The notes under the pieces are model-generated. The model was given only the letters and a program-made list of their open reading frames with translations, was not told where the DNA came from and did no database searches. This document shows, piece by piece, positions 37,411 to 47,954 of a DNA stretch of 64,000 nucleotides. Numbering within the stretch: position 1 is the stretch's first letter; each line of letters opens with the position of its first letter. The position numbers were made by a program, and so were the translations under genes. Source of the DNA: an uncultured Desulfobacter sp. (lineage in GTDB: Bacteria; Desulfobacterota; Desulfobacteria; Desulfobacterales; Desulfobacteraceae); assembly GCA_963665095.1 (NCBI GenBank), contig OY762069.1, positions 6,336,001 to 6,400,000 on the forward strand. The letters run 5' to 3'.

Positions 37411-38148
37411 CTAATGGGTCAGAATCATGGAGATAAATCCGGCAGCCCTTTCCGTCTGCGGATTGTCGAAAAACTCATCTGGTTTTCCCGTTTCCACGAT
37501 CTGCCCCTCGTCCATAAACACCACCCGGTCCGCCACTTTTTTGGCAAACCCCATCTCATGGGTGACCACGCACATGGTCATTCCTTCGCTGGTCAGATCG
37601 GTCATGACATCCAGCACTTCACCGATCATCTCCGGGTCAAGGGCAGATGTGGGCTCGTCAAAGAGCATGATCTCAGGAGACATGGCAAGGCCCCGGGCAA
37701 TGGCCACCCGCTGCTGCTGGCCGCCGGAGAGCTGGGCCGGATATGCGTCTGCCTTGTCGGAGAGCCCCACCCGGGCCAGTTTTTCCATAGCCACCTGCCG
37801 GGCTTTGGCTTTAGGTACTTTTTTCACATTCACCGGGGCCAGCATGATGTTCTGCAGCACAGTCATATGGGGATAGAGGTGGAACTGCTGGAAGACAAAT
37901 CCGATCTCTGCCCGCAGTTTGGTCAGATTGGCGGAGTGGTCATGGACATCAATGCCGCAGACATTGATCTCTCCTTTGGCAATATCCTCCAGGCGGTTGA
38001 TGCAGCGGATCAGGGTGGATTTCCCGGATCCTGACGGCCCGCAGATGACAAGCACCTCCCCTTTGGGTACGGTCAGGTTGATGTCCTTGAGAACATGGAG
38101 CTTGCCAAACCATTTGTTCACATTTTTAAATTCAATGATATTTTCCAT
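37411..38148 (-). CDS. polar amino-acid ABC ATPase (GlnQ-like)
   Basis: [39 protein letters not shown]. Confidence 0.93.
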   Translation of the reverse strand: MENIIEFKNVNKWFGKLHVLKDINLTVPKGEVLVICGPSGSGKSTLIRCINRLEDIAKGEINVCGIDVHDHSANLTKLRAEIGFVFQQFHLYPHMTVLQNIMLAPVNVKKVPKAKARQVAMEKLARVGLSDKADAYPAQLSGGQQQRVAIARGLAMSPEIMLFDEPTSALDPEMIGEVLDVMTDLTSEGMTMCVVTHEMGFAKKVADRVVFMDEGQIVETGKPDEFFDNPQTERAAGFISMILTH

Positions 38149-38164
38149 TTTCCTGTCCTTATGC

Positions 38165-38818
38165 TTATACCGCCATTTTCCGTTCCAGGTAGTTGGACAG
38201 AAGAATCAGGGGGTAAGAGATGACAAAATAAAGAATGCCCACCAGGGAAAAGACCATCAGCCCTTCGGGAATCCGGATCACCGTGACCCAGCCCACCCGG
38301 GTGAGGTCCATGACGCCGATGACCGACACCACAGATGTGTCTTTAATTAGTAAAACATATTGTCCCACCAGCGGGGGCAGGATCACTTTCATGGCCTGGG
38401 GAAGAATGACCAGGCGAAGCTGCTGGGTCAGGGTCAGGCCCGAGGAGATGGCTGCCTCCCATTGTCCCCTGGGAATGGAGGAGATGCCGCCGGCCACAAT
38501 TTCACAGATAAATGCCGAGCCCATAATGGCCATGGCCAGAAGAGCGGCCGGAAAGGCCTCAAGCTGCAGTCCCCACTCCGGTAGAATAAAAAAGATGATA
38601 AACACCTGAACCACAAAAGGCGTTCCCCGGACAAAGGCGACATAGACGCCGATAATTCGTTTCAGCAGCTTGTTTTTTCCGGCCCTGAAAATGCCGAGTA
38701 TGAATCCTAAAAGCGTACAGGAGACAAGGGATATAAATGCGATTTGCACCGTCATCCAAAGCCCTTTGAGAAAAAAAGGAAAAATTTCCACAAGCTTTGA
38801 AAAATAGAAGGGGATCAT
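38165..38818 (-). CDS. polar amino-acid ABC permease
   Basis: RGTP..VQ, GQWEAA..GL, LIKDTS. Confidence 0.92.
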   Translation of the reverse strand: MIPFYFSKLVEIFPFFLKGLWMTVQIAFISLVSCTLLGFILGIFRAGKNKLLKRIIGVYVAFVRGTPFVVQVFIIFFILPEWGLQLEAFPAALLAMAIMGSAFICEIVAGGISSIPRGQWEAAISSGLTLTQQLRLVILPQAMKVILPPLVGQYVLLIKDTSVVSVIGVMDLTRVGWVTVIRIPEGLMVFSLVGILYFVISYPLILLSNYLERKMAV

Positions 38819-38819
38819 A

Positions 38820-39488
38820 TCAATATGCCTCCCTGAAGATCAGTTTTTTCTGTGACCAGCCAGCCAGGGCGCTGAGTACGAAGTAGATACACATGTAGAA
38901 AAATGCCACGGTGAAAAAGGCTTCCGTTGGCATGAAGCGTTCTGATGTTAACGTCTGGCCGCACCGGGTCAGTTCGGCCACAGAGATCAGCGAGAGCAGG
39001 GCGGAATCCTTGACCAGGACAATGGCCTGGCCTAACAGCGGGGGGATGGTGACCCCTAATGCCTGGGGAAGAATAATGAACCGCATGCGCTGGACATAGC
39101 TTAAGCCCGATGCGATTCCCGCCTCCATCTGGCCGTTGTCCACCGATGAGATGCCTGCCCGGATAATTTCAGCCACATAGGCGCCTGAGTTGAGCATCAG
39201 GGCAAGGATCCCGGTCTGGATTTCAGGGATTCTCACCCCTAAAGTGGGCAACCCGAAATAGAAAAAATAGATCTGTACCAGAAGCGGCGTGGACCGGATC
39301 AGCTCAATATAGGCAATAGCCGGTATCTTCAGAAATTTATAGGGAGAAATCCGGCAGGCACAGGCCACAATACCCGTGGCCAGGGCAAGAAATATGGAAA
39401 TAATGGAGATCAGAAATGTGGCGCTTAACCCCTGCAGAAACAAAGGCAGATACTCAATGATGATCCTGAAATTGAAATTTTCCAGCAT
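38820..39488 (-). CDS. polar amino-acid ABC permease
   Basis: RSTPLLVQ, AEIIRAGI, GQMEAG, LVKDSA. Confidence 0.92.
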   Translation of the reverse strand: MLENFNFRIIIEYLPLFLQGLSATFLISIISIFLALATGIVACACRISPYKFLKIPAIAYIELIRSTPLLVQIYFFYFGLPTLGVRIPEIQTGILALMLNSGAYVAEIIRAGISSVDNGQMEAGIASGLSYVQRMRFIILPQALGVTIPPLLGQAIVLVKDSALLSLISVAELTRCGQTLTSERFMPTEAFFTVAFFYMCIYFVLSALAGWSQKKLIFREAY

Positions 39489-39610
39489 ACATGCAACCCC
39501 GTGAAATGTTATTTTTAAAACCAGGCAGGCCTGTCTGTATGACGGTCTGCCCGGTTTCATTCACAAGCCGGATTACCGGGCGTCGGGCGCCGGGTAAGGA
39601 TCCGACATGA

Positions 39611-40405
39611 TTAATGGTCTTTTTTCCACTCAGTGCCTTCCATCCAGTAGGAGATATTTTTGTCATATTCCCCGTTGGCACGGACGGTTGAAAAGTAAAG
39701 ATTGATCCACTGCCACAGGTTCACGGATTCGTGACGTACGGCAAAGGCAAGGGGGTCTTTGCCCTGGCCCAGACGTTTGTCCAGAAGGCGTACGGAGTTG
39801 GGCGGAAAATCAGGCAGCACTGTCAGAACTGCCAGGTCATCATTGACGCCTGCATCAATGTGTCCGGCAACCAGCGCCTGAACCACCATGCGGCCGCCGC
39901 CTTTATATGATTTGATTTTGGCGTTGGGCAGGTATTTTTTTGCAATGGTTTCACCGGTGGATCCCAAGAGAACGCCTACGGTAACGTCCGATTTGTTCAC
40001 ATCTTCAAGCGTTTGGTAGGGTTTGTTCGTGGCAGTGAAGATACAGGGCTGTACATAGATCCAGGGATCGGTGAAGGAGATCTTCAACGCCCGTTTCAGG
40101 GTCGGTGTCATGTCAGCGGCTAGAATGTCCGCCTTTCCGGAGAGCAGAGCGGGAATCAGACCGTCCCAGTCAAAATCAAGGATTTTAAGTTTAACGCCCA
40201 TGGCATCGGCCATTCCCTGGGCAAAATCAACCATGGAACCTGCCGGTACGCCGGTTTTATCCACAAAGGCATAGGGGGGCGCCCCGGATTGCACGGCCAC
40301 TCTGAGCTCTCCGCGTTTGACGATGTCTGTCAGGGTGCCTGCAAAGCAGATACCGGCGGACAGCACAGTGATGACAGCAGCAAACATCAAGGTTTTCAGT
40401 TTCAT
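39611..40405 (-). CDS. polar amino-acid ABC substrate-binding protein (family 3)
   Basis: Signal peptide; RGELRV, PPYAF, WDGLIPAL.SGK.D, MT.T.KR..F. Confidence 0.9.
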   Translation of the reverse strand: MKLKTLMFAAVITVLSAGICFAGTLTDIVKRGELRVAVQSGAPPYAFVDKTGVPAGSMVDFAQGMADAMGVKLKILDFDWDGLIPALLSGKADILAADMTPTLKRALKISFTDPWIYVQPCIFTATNKPYQTLEDVNKSDVTVGVLLGSTGETIAKKYLPNAKIKSYKGGGRMVVQALVAGHIDAGVNDDLAVLTVLPDFPPNSVRLLDKRLGQGKDPLAFAVRHESVNLWQWINLYFSTVRANGEYDKNISYWMEGTEWKKDH

Positions 40406-40460
40406 TTTTTTCCTCTCCTCTTCTCTTCTTTTAATTGGTATTAAATACGGTGTCAGGATC

Positions 40461-41627
40461 TTATTCCAGAACCGTCAGCTCCTCGTCAATCCGGATTCCT
40501 TTTTCTTTCAGGGCGTCCATGAATGGTTTTACCGGAATATGAACCGTGGGGGAGAGTACCCCTTTTTCAGTGATCATACCGGAGGCAATCATGCGGGCGG
40601 CAATGGCGGCGGTATAACCCACGCCTTTGCTCATGCCCATGATGCCGGTGTCAAGATCCCGCTCAATGACCATGGTGTAGGTCAGGCGGCTCTTTTTACC
40701 GTTCATCATCCCTTCAAATATATTGATCATCACCACCAGGTCCTTTTCATCCGGGCCGTATTGCAGCTTGGGCCCCAGGTGCTTGTCCAGCATGTCCATG
40801 GGAGAACAGTCCAGTCCTGCCACAGATTCTTCTGATGTCAGGCCCAGTTCTTTCATGGGGCGCCAGAATTCACACCAGCCCGGCCAGCGCAGGGAGTACC
40901 GCCCGGTATCCCGGATGGTGGAAGTAACACCTAAAAGGTCTGTGAAAAAGACGGCATCCCCGTTGGGATAGGCCTCTAAAGGCCCTAAACCTGGCACATC
41001 CAGCATATGGATATTGGCCGGATCATAGAGCGTGCTTTCGGGGATATCCACCACGTCTCCATCCTTGATGACTCTTGCATCCCTGTTCAATGCACTTAAG
41101 ACCCCCCGCCAGATCCAGGAGATTTTGTAATTCAGCGGATTGGTGCAGGCGGATTTTTCCGGAAATCCGCCGCAGTAGGAGTTGACCAGGGTCAAAGAGT
41201 CAAACCGTCTGCCGGCATCCCCGTAAATCACCAGGTCAATTCCCGGGTCAAGGCCGCATTCCGGCAGAATGGTGATGCCCGCTTTTTTTGCCCGTTCATC
41301 CAACGCTTTTGAGGCATGGGCATAGTTGGTGTTGACCACAGACGTCCGGGTCTCCATGGCTGCCTCGTAAATGGACTCCTTAAAATCCTTGGGGAGAAGA
41401 TCAATGACGATATCCACGTCATTATAGAGGCGGACCAGGTTCTCCTTTTTCTTGGCATCAAGACAGACCGCTTCAATTTTCTCCATGGGTGTAAAGGGTT
41501 TGATGGCTTCAAGTGCCCGGGTGTCAAGGTCAGCACAGATGATTTTTTCCACTTCCGGATCCTGTGCCAGGTCACTTACAGCTGTACGGCCCTGGGTGCC
41601 GCATCCGCCTAAAACAAGTACTTTCAT
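40461..41627 (-). CDS. saccharopine dehydrogenase / lysine 6-dehydrogenase family protein
   Basis: VLGGCGTQG, CGLDPGID, SYCGGFP, YKISW, SLRWPG. Confidence 0.85.
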   Translation of the reverse strand: MKVLVLGGCGTQGRTAVSDLAQDPEVEKIICADLDTRALEAIKPFTPMEKIEAVCLDAKKKENLVRLYNDVDIVIDLLPKDFKESIYEAAMETRTSVVNTNYAHASKALDERAKKAGITILPECGLDPGIDLVIYGDAGRRFDSLTLVNSYCGGFPEKSACTNPLNYKISWIWRGVLSALNRDARVIKDGDVVDIPESTLYDPANIHMLDVPGLGPLEAYPNGDAVFFTDLLGVTSTIRDTGRYSLRWPGWCEFWRPMKELGLTSEESVAGLDCSPMDMLDKHLGPKLQYGPDEKDLVVMINIFEGMMNGKKSRLTYTMVIERDLDTGIMGMSKGVGYTAAIAARMIASGMITEKGVLSPTVHIPVKPFMDALKEKGIRIDEELTVLE

Positions 41628-41695
41628 ATGTTGCTCTCTATTGGATTGATTGTATCTGAAAGCCCTGTGGTGTGAGGAACTTGCAGATGTTGCAG

Positions 41696-41729
41696 CGGGC
41701 AAAACCGGCAGTCTGGCCGGTTTTGCCCG
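41696..41729. terminator. hairpin after gntR
   Basis: CGGGCAAAACCGGC-AGTCTG-GCCGGTTTTGCCCG, 14-bp arms; no clear U-tract. Confidence 0.55.
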
Positions 41730-41734
41730 GGCCG

Positions 41735-42394
41735 TTATAATCTGCCGAACAACTTATTAAATGTGGTTCGGACATGGTCTCTCATCAGTTCTCCGGCACG
41801 GGCCGCATCCTGTTGCTCAATGGCCCGGACAATGTCGATGTGCTGCCGGGGGCTGATCCGCTGGGGACCAGGGGTGTTTCCCATATAAGCGACATCAAAA
41901 AAGCAGATATAGGTATGGGATCTCCAGAAGCTGTGCCGGCAGTAATGCTCAATATAGGGATTGCCGCTGAACCGGGCAATTCCCATATGGAATGCTTCGT
42001 TCAAAGAGAGGCTGGCCATCTGGGTCTTTTCATCGGCAAGGCTGCCGAGCTCACACTCTTTTTCCAGGCACTCCTTAAGGAAATCGATATCGCCGGTATC
42101 GGCATTCTCGGCAGCGCCGGATGCGGCAAGGCCTTCAAGATGCTCTCTGATAAAAAAAACATGTCTGGCATCCTTAGGATCTGGCAGTGGAATAAAGCAT
42201 CCTTTTTTCTTTTTTTTATCCAGGAACCCTTCGGCCACAAGTTGACCCAGTGCATGGCGCACAGGCGTCCGGCTAAGGCCTAAGGACTCGGCAAGCTCGG
42301 TTTCCAGGATAAATTCGCCCGGCTTGAACTGGTTGTTCAAAATCAGTTCAATGATCTTTTTATAGACAAATTCATCCAGATTTTTCCCGGCCAT
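41735..42394 (-). CDS. GntR family regulator (FCD type)
   Basis: ETELAESLGLSRTPVR.AL; NEAFH, HIDIV.AI, MRDHV. Confidence 0.9.
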   Translation of the reverse strand: MAGKNLDEFVYKKIIELILNNQFKPGEFILETELAESLGLSRTPVRHALGQLVAEGFLDKKKKKGCFIPLPDPKDARHVFFIREHLEGLAASGAAENADTGDIDFLKECLEKECELGSLADEKTQMASLSLNEAFHMGIARFSGNPYIEHYCRHSFWRSHTYICFFDVAYMGNTPGPQRISPRQHIDIVRAIEQQDAARAGELMRDHVRTTFNKLFGRL

Positions 42395-42421
42395 TGACAC
42401 ACTCTTTTTTAAATTTAACAA

Positions 42422-42458
42422 TGATGTGTACATAAATAAATACATTGATGTGTGTCAA
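42422..42458 (-). promoter_or_regulatory. promoter with direct-repeat operator candidate
   Basis: TTGACA on the minus strand (42453-42458); TGATGTGT at 42422 and 42446. Confidence 0.5.
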
Positions 42459-42651
42459 GTGGAATTTGTTAAAACTTTGCACGAATTTGAAATGGTGCGC
42501 AGATCAGGGCCTCTTTTTGATACAAGCGGCTTAATGCTTCCCGCAGCAGAAATTCAGGTTCCCTGGCCAGTGCAGAAAATTCATTTAAGAAAATGAATTT
42601 TCATGCTTTTGAAAAGACTCTTCAGGAAGGAACTGATGAATTTACCGCCCG

Positions 42652-43548
42652 CTAACAGATAATTGTCAGACCGGACACTTCCGCTATTTTCAAGGCCGCA
42701 CGGTATTCTGCCACGGTAACCGGTCTTGAAAACGCTGCGACTTCAAAGGCCCGGTGCATGGGCCGGTATTGGGACATGACGTTGATGGTGCAGGTTTTTG
42801 AAATTTTTTTGGAGAGAAAATCTACAATCTTCCGGGTACCAGCCATCTCTTCAGGCAGTACCAGGTGGCGAACCAGAAGGCCTGAAATAGCAGTGCCTGA
42901 TATGTCTGTTTTCAGATCCCCCACCTGGCGGAACATCTCCCGGATGCTTTGGACGGCGATGGCCGGATAATCCGGGGCACTGCAGGCGTTGCGTGCAATT
43001 TCCGGATCCCAGAATTTGAAATCCGGCAGATAAATATCCACAATCCCATCCAGGATTTTTAAGGTCTCAAGGCTTTCATAGCCGGAGGAGTTGTATACCA
43101 GGGGCAGGGTCAGCCCGCCGGCTGCGGCGATATCCAGCGCTTCAAGAATATAGGGTAAAAAGTGGCCCGGGGTGACAAGGTTGATGTTGTGGCATCCTGC
43201 TTCCTGGAGATGCAGCATGATGGCGGCCAGTTGTCTGGTTTCAGCCCGTTCTCCCTCCCCCTGAATACTGATCTCATAATTCTGGCAGAAAATGCACCGC
43301 AGGCTGCAATGGGTAAAAAAGATAGTGCCTGAGCCCTTTGTGCCGGACAGCGGGGGCTCCTCCCCAAAATGGGGACAAAAGCTGTGGATCTGCAGATGGG
43401 CACCTGCGCCGCAAAAACCTGTCTGGTTCCGGGGGCGATGTGCCCGGCAGGCCCTGGGGCAAAGGGTACACTCGTCCATGAGCGCAAATGCCTGGGCAAT
43501 TTTTTGTTTTAACCGGCCCTGGCTTCTGGTTGTCAGGTAGCGTGGCAT
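42652..43548 (-). CDS. pflX: radical SAM protein, PflX-like
   Basis: CTLCPRAC, HFGEEPPLSG, CSLRCIFCQN, RHLVLP, MSQYRP. Confidence 0.85.
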   Translation of the reverse strand: MPRYLTTRSQGRLKQKIAQAFALMDECTLCPRACRAHRPRNQTGFCGAGAHLQIHSFCPHFGEEPPLSGTKGSGTIFFTHCSLRCIFCQNYEISIQGEGERAETRQLAAIMLHLQEAGCHNINLVTPGHFLPYILEALDIAAAGGLTLPLVYNSSGYESLETLKILDGIVDIYLPDFKFWDPEIARNACSAPDYPAIAVQSIREMFRQVGDLKTDISGTAISGLLVRHLVLPEEMAGTRKIVDFLSKKISKTCTINVMSQYRPMHRAFEVAAFSRPVTVAEYRAALKIAEVSGLTIIC

Positions 43549-44000
43549 CCTTTGTTTTCCGTGATAAACCGCACCATAAAATCTTTGCTGAATTCGACGG
43601 TCTCAATACTTAAGGGCTCGCACAGATGCGGGGGATTATCCTCTTTAAATCCCTGGGGGCGCAGAATACTGCAGGACAGAGATCCAAATTTCTGTTCAAA
43701 CTGCCGGGCAAACTCCCTGCATTGATCCACAATGGTCTCTTTGGCCAATTTTCTGTCTTTGCCCATAATACCGATGAACATCAAAGTGCCCTCAACCAGG
43801 CCACACTGGGCACCGTATCTTCCGGCACCATGCATGCCTGTGGCTGCCGCAATAACCTGATCAGACAAGTCAAAGGAAAAAACTTCAGCAAGGATTTTCA
43901 AGGTTGTGACCGCACAGTTGAAATCATAAGCCCGGTAATAGGTTTGTACCCGGTCTTTAATGGGGACTTCCCGGAATGCGGTATGCGTTGTTTCTCTCAT
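43533..44000 (-). CDS. C-GCAxxG-C-C family putative redox protein
   Basis: FNCA, QCGLVEG, FGSLSC, HLC. Confidence 0.8.
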   Translation of the reverse strand: MRETTHTAFREVPIKDRVQTYYRAYDFNCAVTTLKILAEVFSFDLSDQVIAAATGMHGAGRYGAQCGLVEGTLMFIGIMGKDRKLAKETIVDQCREFARQFEQKFGSLSCSILRPQGFKEDNPPHLCEPLSIETVEFSKDFMVRFITENKGCHAT

Positions 44001-44273
44001 AGAAAGTATTTATATAGATCTGTAAAAAAAACGGCAAGAGGACATACCGGGCTGTCAAGGCAATGGCATAAAATTTGTCTCCCGGATCTTGGCTGTCCAC
44101 CGCCTCTCCGCCGGCATCCGGCAAAGACCGAGACCGATTTGCCGCAAGTTGGATTTGTTTATCCGGCGTCGGGCACCCGGACACAGGCCGGATCGGATTA
44201 AACTGCAGTTTCGCCAATTAATTGGAATTTCGATTTGAGTTTTATTTGCAGTTAGAATGTTATCGGTATGTAA

Positions 44274-45452
44274 TCAGGATTTTTCTGAAACCGGAACCAT
44301 ATCCTCGTCCGGTTTTTCACAATGAAACTTCTGAAGATATTTGGGAAGCCGGTCAAACACCTCTATTGGCGTTTTGGGGAGATGTTGACTGTCAATAATC
44401 AGGTTTTGACGTTTGCTGACAGGACTGGAAAGATTAATGATTTTACCCGGTGTTTCAATAGTTTTGCCGGCTTGATCGGTAAATATAATTACTTCAGGCC
44501 CCTGACTGTCTACCACGTATACGGACTGGCCGTTCTCCAGAGTCAGAATACTTCCCGCAGGGCATGTACCGATCTCCTTGACAAATGAATAGAGAATAAG
44601 TTGCAAAATGGGATCACGCCCCGAATAGTCCTTAAAAATCGTATTGACCACTTTGGTTGGATTCACTGCCTCGCCATAGCTTCGTTTCAAGGTCATGGCC
44701 GTATATTTGTCCGCAAGTTTGCAAATTTTAACATAGGGCGGCAGATCTGAAAGGGAGTGGAGATCAGGATATGCATTGGGCTCATTAAGATAGATTGCTG
44801 CGTGGTGGTATTTGATAATATTTTCCACATAGACGTCGTAAATACCATTTACTGCCAGAAATGACATCCCGTATTTCCCCACATGCTCTTTCATTTCCTG
44901 GTGCTCTCTGGCACTTAATCCGCTTTGTTTGTTCAGCAGGGGGGGATGGATCATTATTTTGCCCATATCGTGGATGAGATAACCTATGGAAATGTTGCGC
45001 ACAGCTTCAGCAGGGTAATAGGAGAACTGTGTCATCTCATCCGGACGACGGTGTTTCAAACTTTCTTTGAATTGGGCAGTGAGCATCTTGTTGATATACT
45101 GTGAAAACAGCTCGTTGAACCTGTTTAGTACAAGGGTTCCGGTATAACAGACTCCCACTGAGTGCTGGAAAAAATAGTCATCAGTGGAAAAGTAGTCTCT
45201 CATGCTGCTTAAAATCAATCGATCTGTCTCAAAGAGCATTTTCATGATTTTGTTTATGGAATCAAGATTTTTTTTAAGATCGATATTGTCCGGTGCACTG
45301 TTCCCTTCGTTTTCTTGGGCATCTACCAATAACAGCCGTTTCTGGCGATCGACCAGGTCGCTAAATAATTGTCTGGCCTGTTTGTATTTTTTTAGAAATT
45401 TTTTTTTGGAGGCCATCATCTCACGTATCTTCTGTTCAGCGTTAACCGACAT
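44274..45452 (-). CDS. HD-GYP-like protein with degenerate motifs
   Basis: HSVGV, HDMGK, YHH..AYP, ADKYTAMT..RSY. Confidence 0.75.
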   Translation of the reverse strand: MSVNAEQKIREMMASKKKFLKKYKQARQLFSDLVDRQKRLLLVDAQENEGNSAPDNIDLKKNLDSINKIMKMLFETDRLILSSMRDYFSTDDYFFQHSVGVCYTGTLVLNRFNELFSQYINKMLTAQFKESLKHRRPDEMTQFSYYPAEAVRNISIGYLIHDMGKIMIHPPLLNKQSGLSAREHQEMKEHVGKYGMSFLAVNGIYDVYVENIIKYHHAAIYLNEPNAYPDLHSLSDLPPYVKICKLADKYTAMTLKRSYGEAVNPTKVVNTIFKDYSGRDPILQLILYSFVKEIGTCPAGSILTLENGQSVYVVDSQGPEVIIFTDQAGKTIETPGKIINLSSPVSKRQNLIIDSQHLPKTPIEVFDRLPKYLQKFHCEKPDEDMVPVSEKS

Positions 45453-45785
45453 GGTTCAATCCCCTCCCTTTTTTAAAATTTGAAAGATACAATGAATGAT
45501 TAACTGATTTTATACCCGGTTTTATATATTTAGCGCAAGCTCTTAGCGACGACGGAGAATTGGCGCAACCATATGCCGAGATATCTGGGTGCTGTTGCGA
45601 TACACCTGGGCTGAGCGGTTCAATTAAACCATTTACGAAGTATGCTAAACAGTGGTAAAAATTTTAACTGATAAGTTCCAAGGTTCTTCAGGCACTATAT
45701 AGGGAGAACCGCCTCAGATCAGCGGCAATGATAGATATGCGAAAATCACACGTTTACCTGTTTCTATAAATAAACGGATGAGAAT

Positions 45786-46277
45786 ATGGAAAGAACGAAA
45801 ACAATCTCCTGGGATGACCCCGGAAAGAACAAGAGGTCTGTAATAAATTCGATTTCAGGGTTAGAATATCTGTCAGGGATAAAAGAAGGTCAAATCAGCC
45901 CGCCACCGGCTGCAAATCTTGTGGGCTACAGACTTTGTGATGTTGATAAGGGGTATGCCGCGTTTGAACTGAACCCTGGAGAATATCATTATAACCCGTT
46001 TGCGACCGTTCATGGCGGCATCCTGTCTGCATTGCTTGATTCAACCATGGCGGCTTCAGTGATATCAACGCTTCCTGCCGGCTTCAGCTGTTCAACAATT
46101 GAGCTGAAAGTCAATTTTATCAGACCTGTGACTGTTGAAACAGGTGTATTAAAGTGTGAGGCAAGACCAGTACATACCGGAAAAAAACTGGCCACAGCTG
46201 AGGGCAAAGTAAGAGATGAGAATGGAATATTACATGCCCATGGGGTCTGTACCTGCTCTATCTTCCGTGTTGCATGA
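45786..46277 (+). CDS. PaaI family thioesterase
   Basis: NPFATVHGG..LLDS, TIELKVNFIRPV. Confidence 0.9.
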   Translation: MERTKTISWDDPGKNKRSVINSISGLEYLSGIKEGQISPPPAANLVGYRLCDVDKGYAAFELNPGEYHYNPFATVHGGILSALLDSTMAASVISTLPAGFSCSTIELKVNFIRPVTVETGVLKCEARPVHTGKKLATAEGKVRDENGILHAHGVCTCSIFRVA

Positions 46278-46351
46278 AACAATGGAAAAGAGCCGGTTGA
46301 TCTCTATTGCTGCTGACATGACTCGATTTATTCCTTAAAGTAGGGGGGGAA

Positions 46352-47107
46352 ATGAAAAAATTGGGGGTTTGTCTCCTGTTGGCCGGTTGTTTGACCGGGC
46401 TGTGGCATGTGCAGGCGGTTCGCGCCAAAACCATTACAATGGCCTTTGAAAAGGAACCGGATAAGGAACCCTTGTTTATGCTGGCACAAATGCTCTATAC
46501 CGAAGCCTTTAAACGCTTGGGGATGACCTTTGCCTATCGCGTTTATCCGGGGCAGAGGTGTTCGGTCATGGCCAATACCGGACGGGTTGATGGTGAGCCG
46601 GGCAGGTTTATCGGCTACAGTCAGATTTGCCCCAATATGGTTCGCGTGGAAGAATCAGTTGCAACACTGCATGAAGCCGCATTTGCCAAAGATGCGTCCA
46701 TTTCTCTGAATGGCTGGGAAAGTTTAAAAGGCACTGACTTAAGGGTGGCGTATATTCTTGGTTGTCAGGCCGAAGAGGTGTATTTGCCAAAAGTGGTACG
46801 CCCGGAAAGACTGTCAAGGGTGGCAACGATTGAGCAGGCGTTGATAATGCTTGATGCCGGACGTACAGATGTTTTAATTCAGACGGAGTCATCGGTGATG
46901 GCCGTTTTGCTGACGCCTAAGTTCAAGGATTTTAAGATTGTCAAAGTAGGAATCATGGAAGAGCTTGATGTCTATCCGTTCCTGCACAAAAGACATGCTG
47001 AGCTGGCACCGAAACTGGCCAGAGTGTTAAAAGAGATGAAAGCCCAAGGGCTACTGGAAGAGAACAAACGCCACATGTGGCAGTTGTTAAAAAGAAGAGA
47101 TCCTTAG
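46352..47107 (+). CDS. orphan periplasmic substrate-binding protein (family 3-like)
   Basis: Signal peptide; EAFKRLG, P..R...ANTG.VDGE, GRTDV, YPFLHKRH..L. Confidence 0.75.
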   Translation: MKKLGVCLLLAGCLTGLWHVQAVRAKTITMAFEKEPDKEPLFMLAQMLYTEAFKRLGMTFAYRVYPGQRCSVMANTGRVDGEPGRFIGYSQICPNMVRVEESVATLHEAAFAKDASISLNGWESLKGTDLRVAYILGCQAEEVYLPKVVRPERLSRVATIEQALIMLDAGRTDVLIQTESSVMAVLLTPKFKDFKIVKVGIMEELDVYPFLHKRHAELAPKLARVLKEMKAQGLLEENKRHMWQLLKRRDP

Positions 47108-47206
47108 GATCAGTATTTTTTTACCAGAGTGAACACAAGCTTGATGAGGCCGGAATGAACCGTCCTGAATTAATGTCCGGTCAGTTTGATTTTGCAGGAG
47201 AACAGG

Positions 47207-47617
47207 ATGAAATTATCCGATCACATAACCGTATCAGATACTTGTATTGAGTTTCATCCCATCCGGTCCCGGGGGCCGGGTGGGCAGAATGTGAACAAGG
47301 TCTCTTCCGGGGTTCACATCCGATTTGATATCCGGGCGTCGGATCTTGCCGACCATATTAAGGAAAAGCTTTTGTCGCTTAATGACAGGCGTATCACCCG
47401 GGACGGGATCATTGTGATTAAAGCCATGTCCTTTAGAAGTGCGGAAAAAAACCGGCAGGACGGCGTGGAACGTCTTGTCGAACTGATACGGCAGGTTGAC
47501 CGCCCTGTGAAGCTGCGAAAATCCACCCGTCCCACCCGGGCATCCAATACCCGGCGTCTTGATTCAAAATCCCGGCGCAGCAACATTAAGGCGTTGAGGA
47601 AAAAAATTAACATTTGA
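47207..47617 (+). CDS. arfB: alternative ribosome rescue factor B
   Basis: RSRGPGGQNVNKV with a basic C-terminal tail (TRPTRAS..RRLDSK). Confidence 0.93.
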   Translation: MKLSDHITVSDTCIEFHPIRSRGPGGQNVNKVSSGVHIRFDIRASDLADHIKEKLLSLNDRRITRDGIIVIKAMSFRSAEKNRQDGVERLVELIRQVDRPVKLRKSTRPTRASNTRRLDSKSRRSNIKALRKKINI

Positions 47618-47685
47618 TACATCCTTAGACATCGCACAAAAATAAATAGTACATCTTGCTTGCCCTTTGCCCTATATACTGTGTT

Positions 47686-47726
47686 GCACCAAACGTTTAA
47701 TAATCTTGCTATTAAACGTTTGGTGC
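47686..47726. promoter_or_regulatory. perfect 17-bp inverted repeat (operator or hairpin)
   Basis: GCACCAAACGTTTAATA-ATCTTGC-TATTAAACGTTTGGTGC. Confidence 0.55.
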
Positions 47727-47954
47727 GCCTTGTATATGGATCAAAATTCAGCGCAATATGCTATTTATTTCCGCGCAATGCCTTAATCGTTGTTACGTAT
47801 CCCTGCTGTTTTATTAAATCAGTTGTAAAGCCGGCAGGCCCTCCTGTCTGTATATGTTTCACAAAATCTTAGTGTTTTAGTAACATTAATGTAATATTCA
47901 GCTGCTATTTTAGGCGCAATCAAACAGTCGCATTCCACACAGGATAAATTCATT

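Noticed and set aside
37153..38034. 293-aa plus-strand ORF
   Set aside because: Typical antisense shadow of an ABC ATPase and the EamA gene.
44064..44079. sigma-54-like TGGCATAAAATTTGTC
   Set aside because: Non-consensus -12 and no plus-strand gene downstream.
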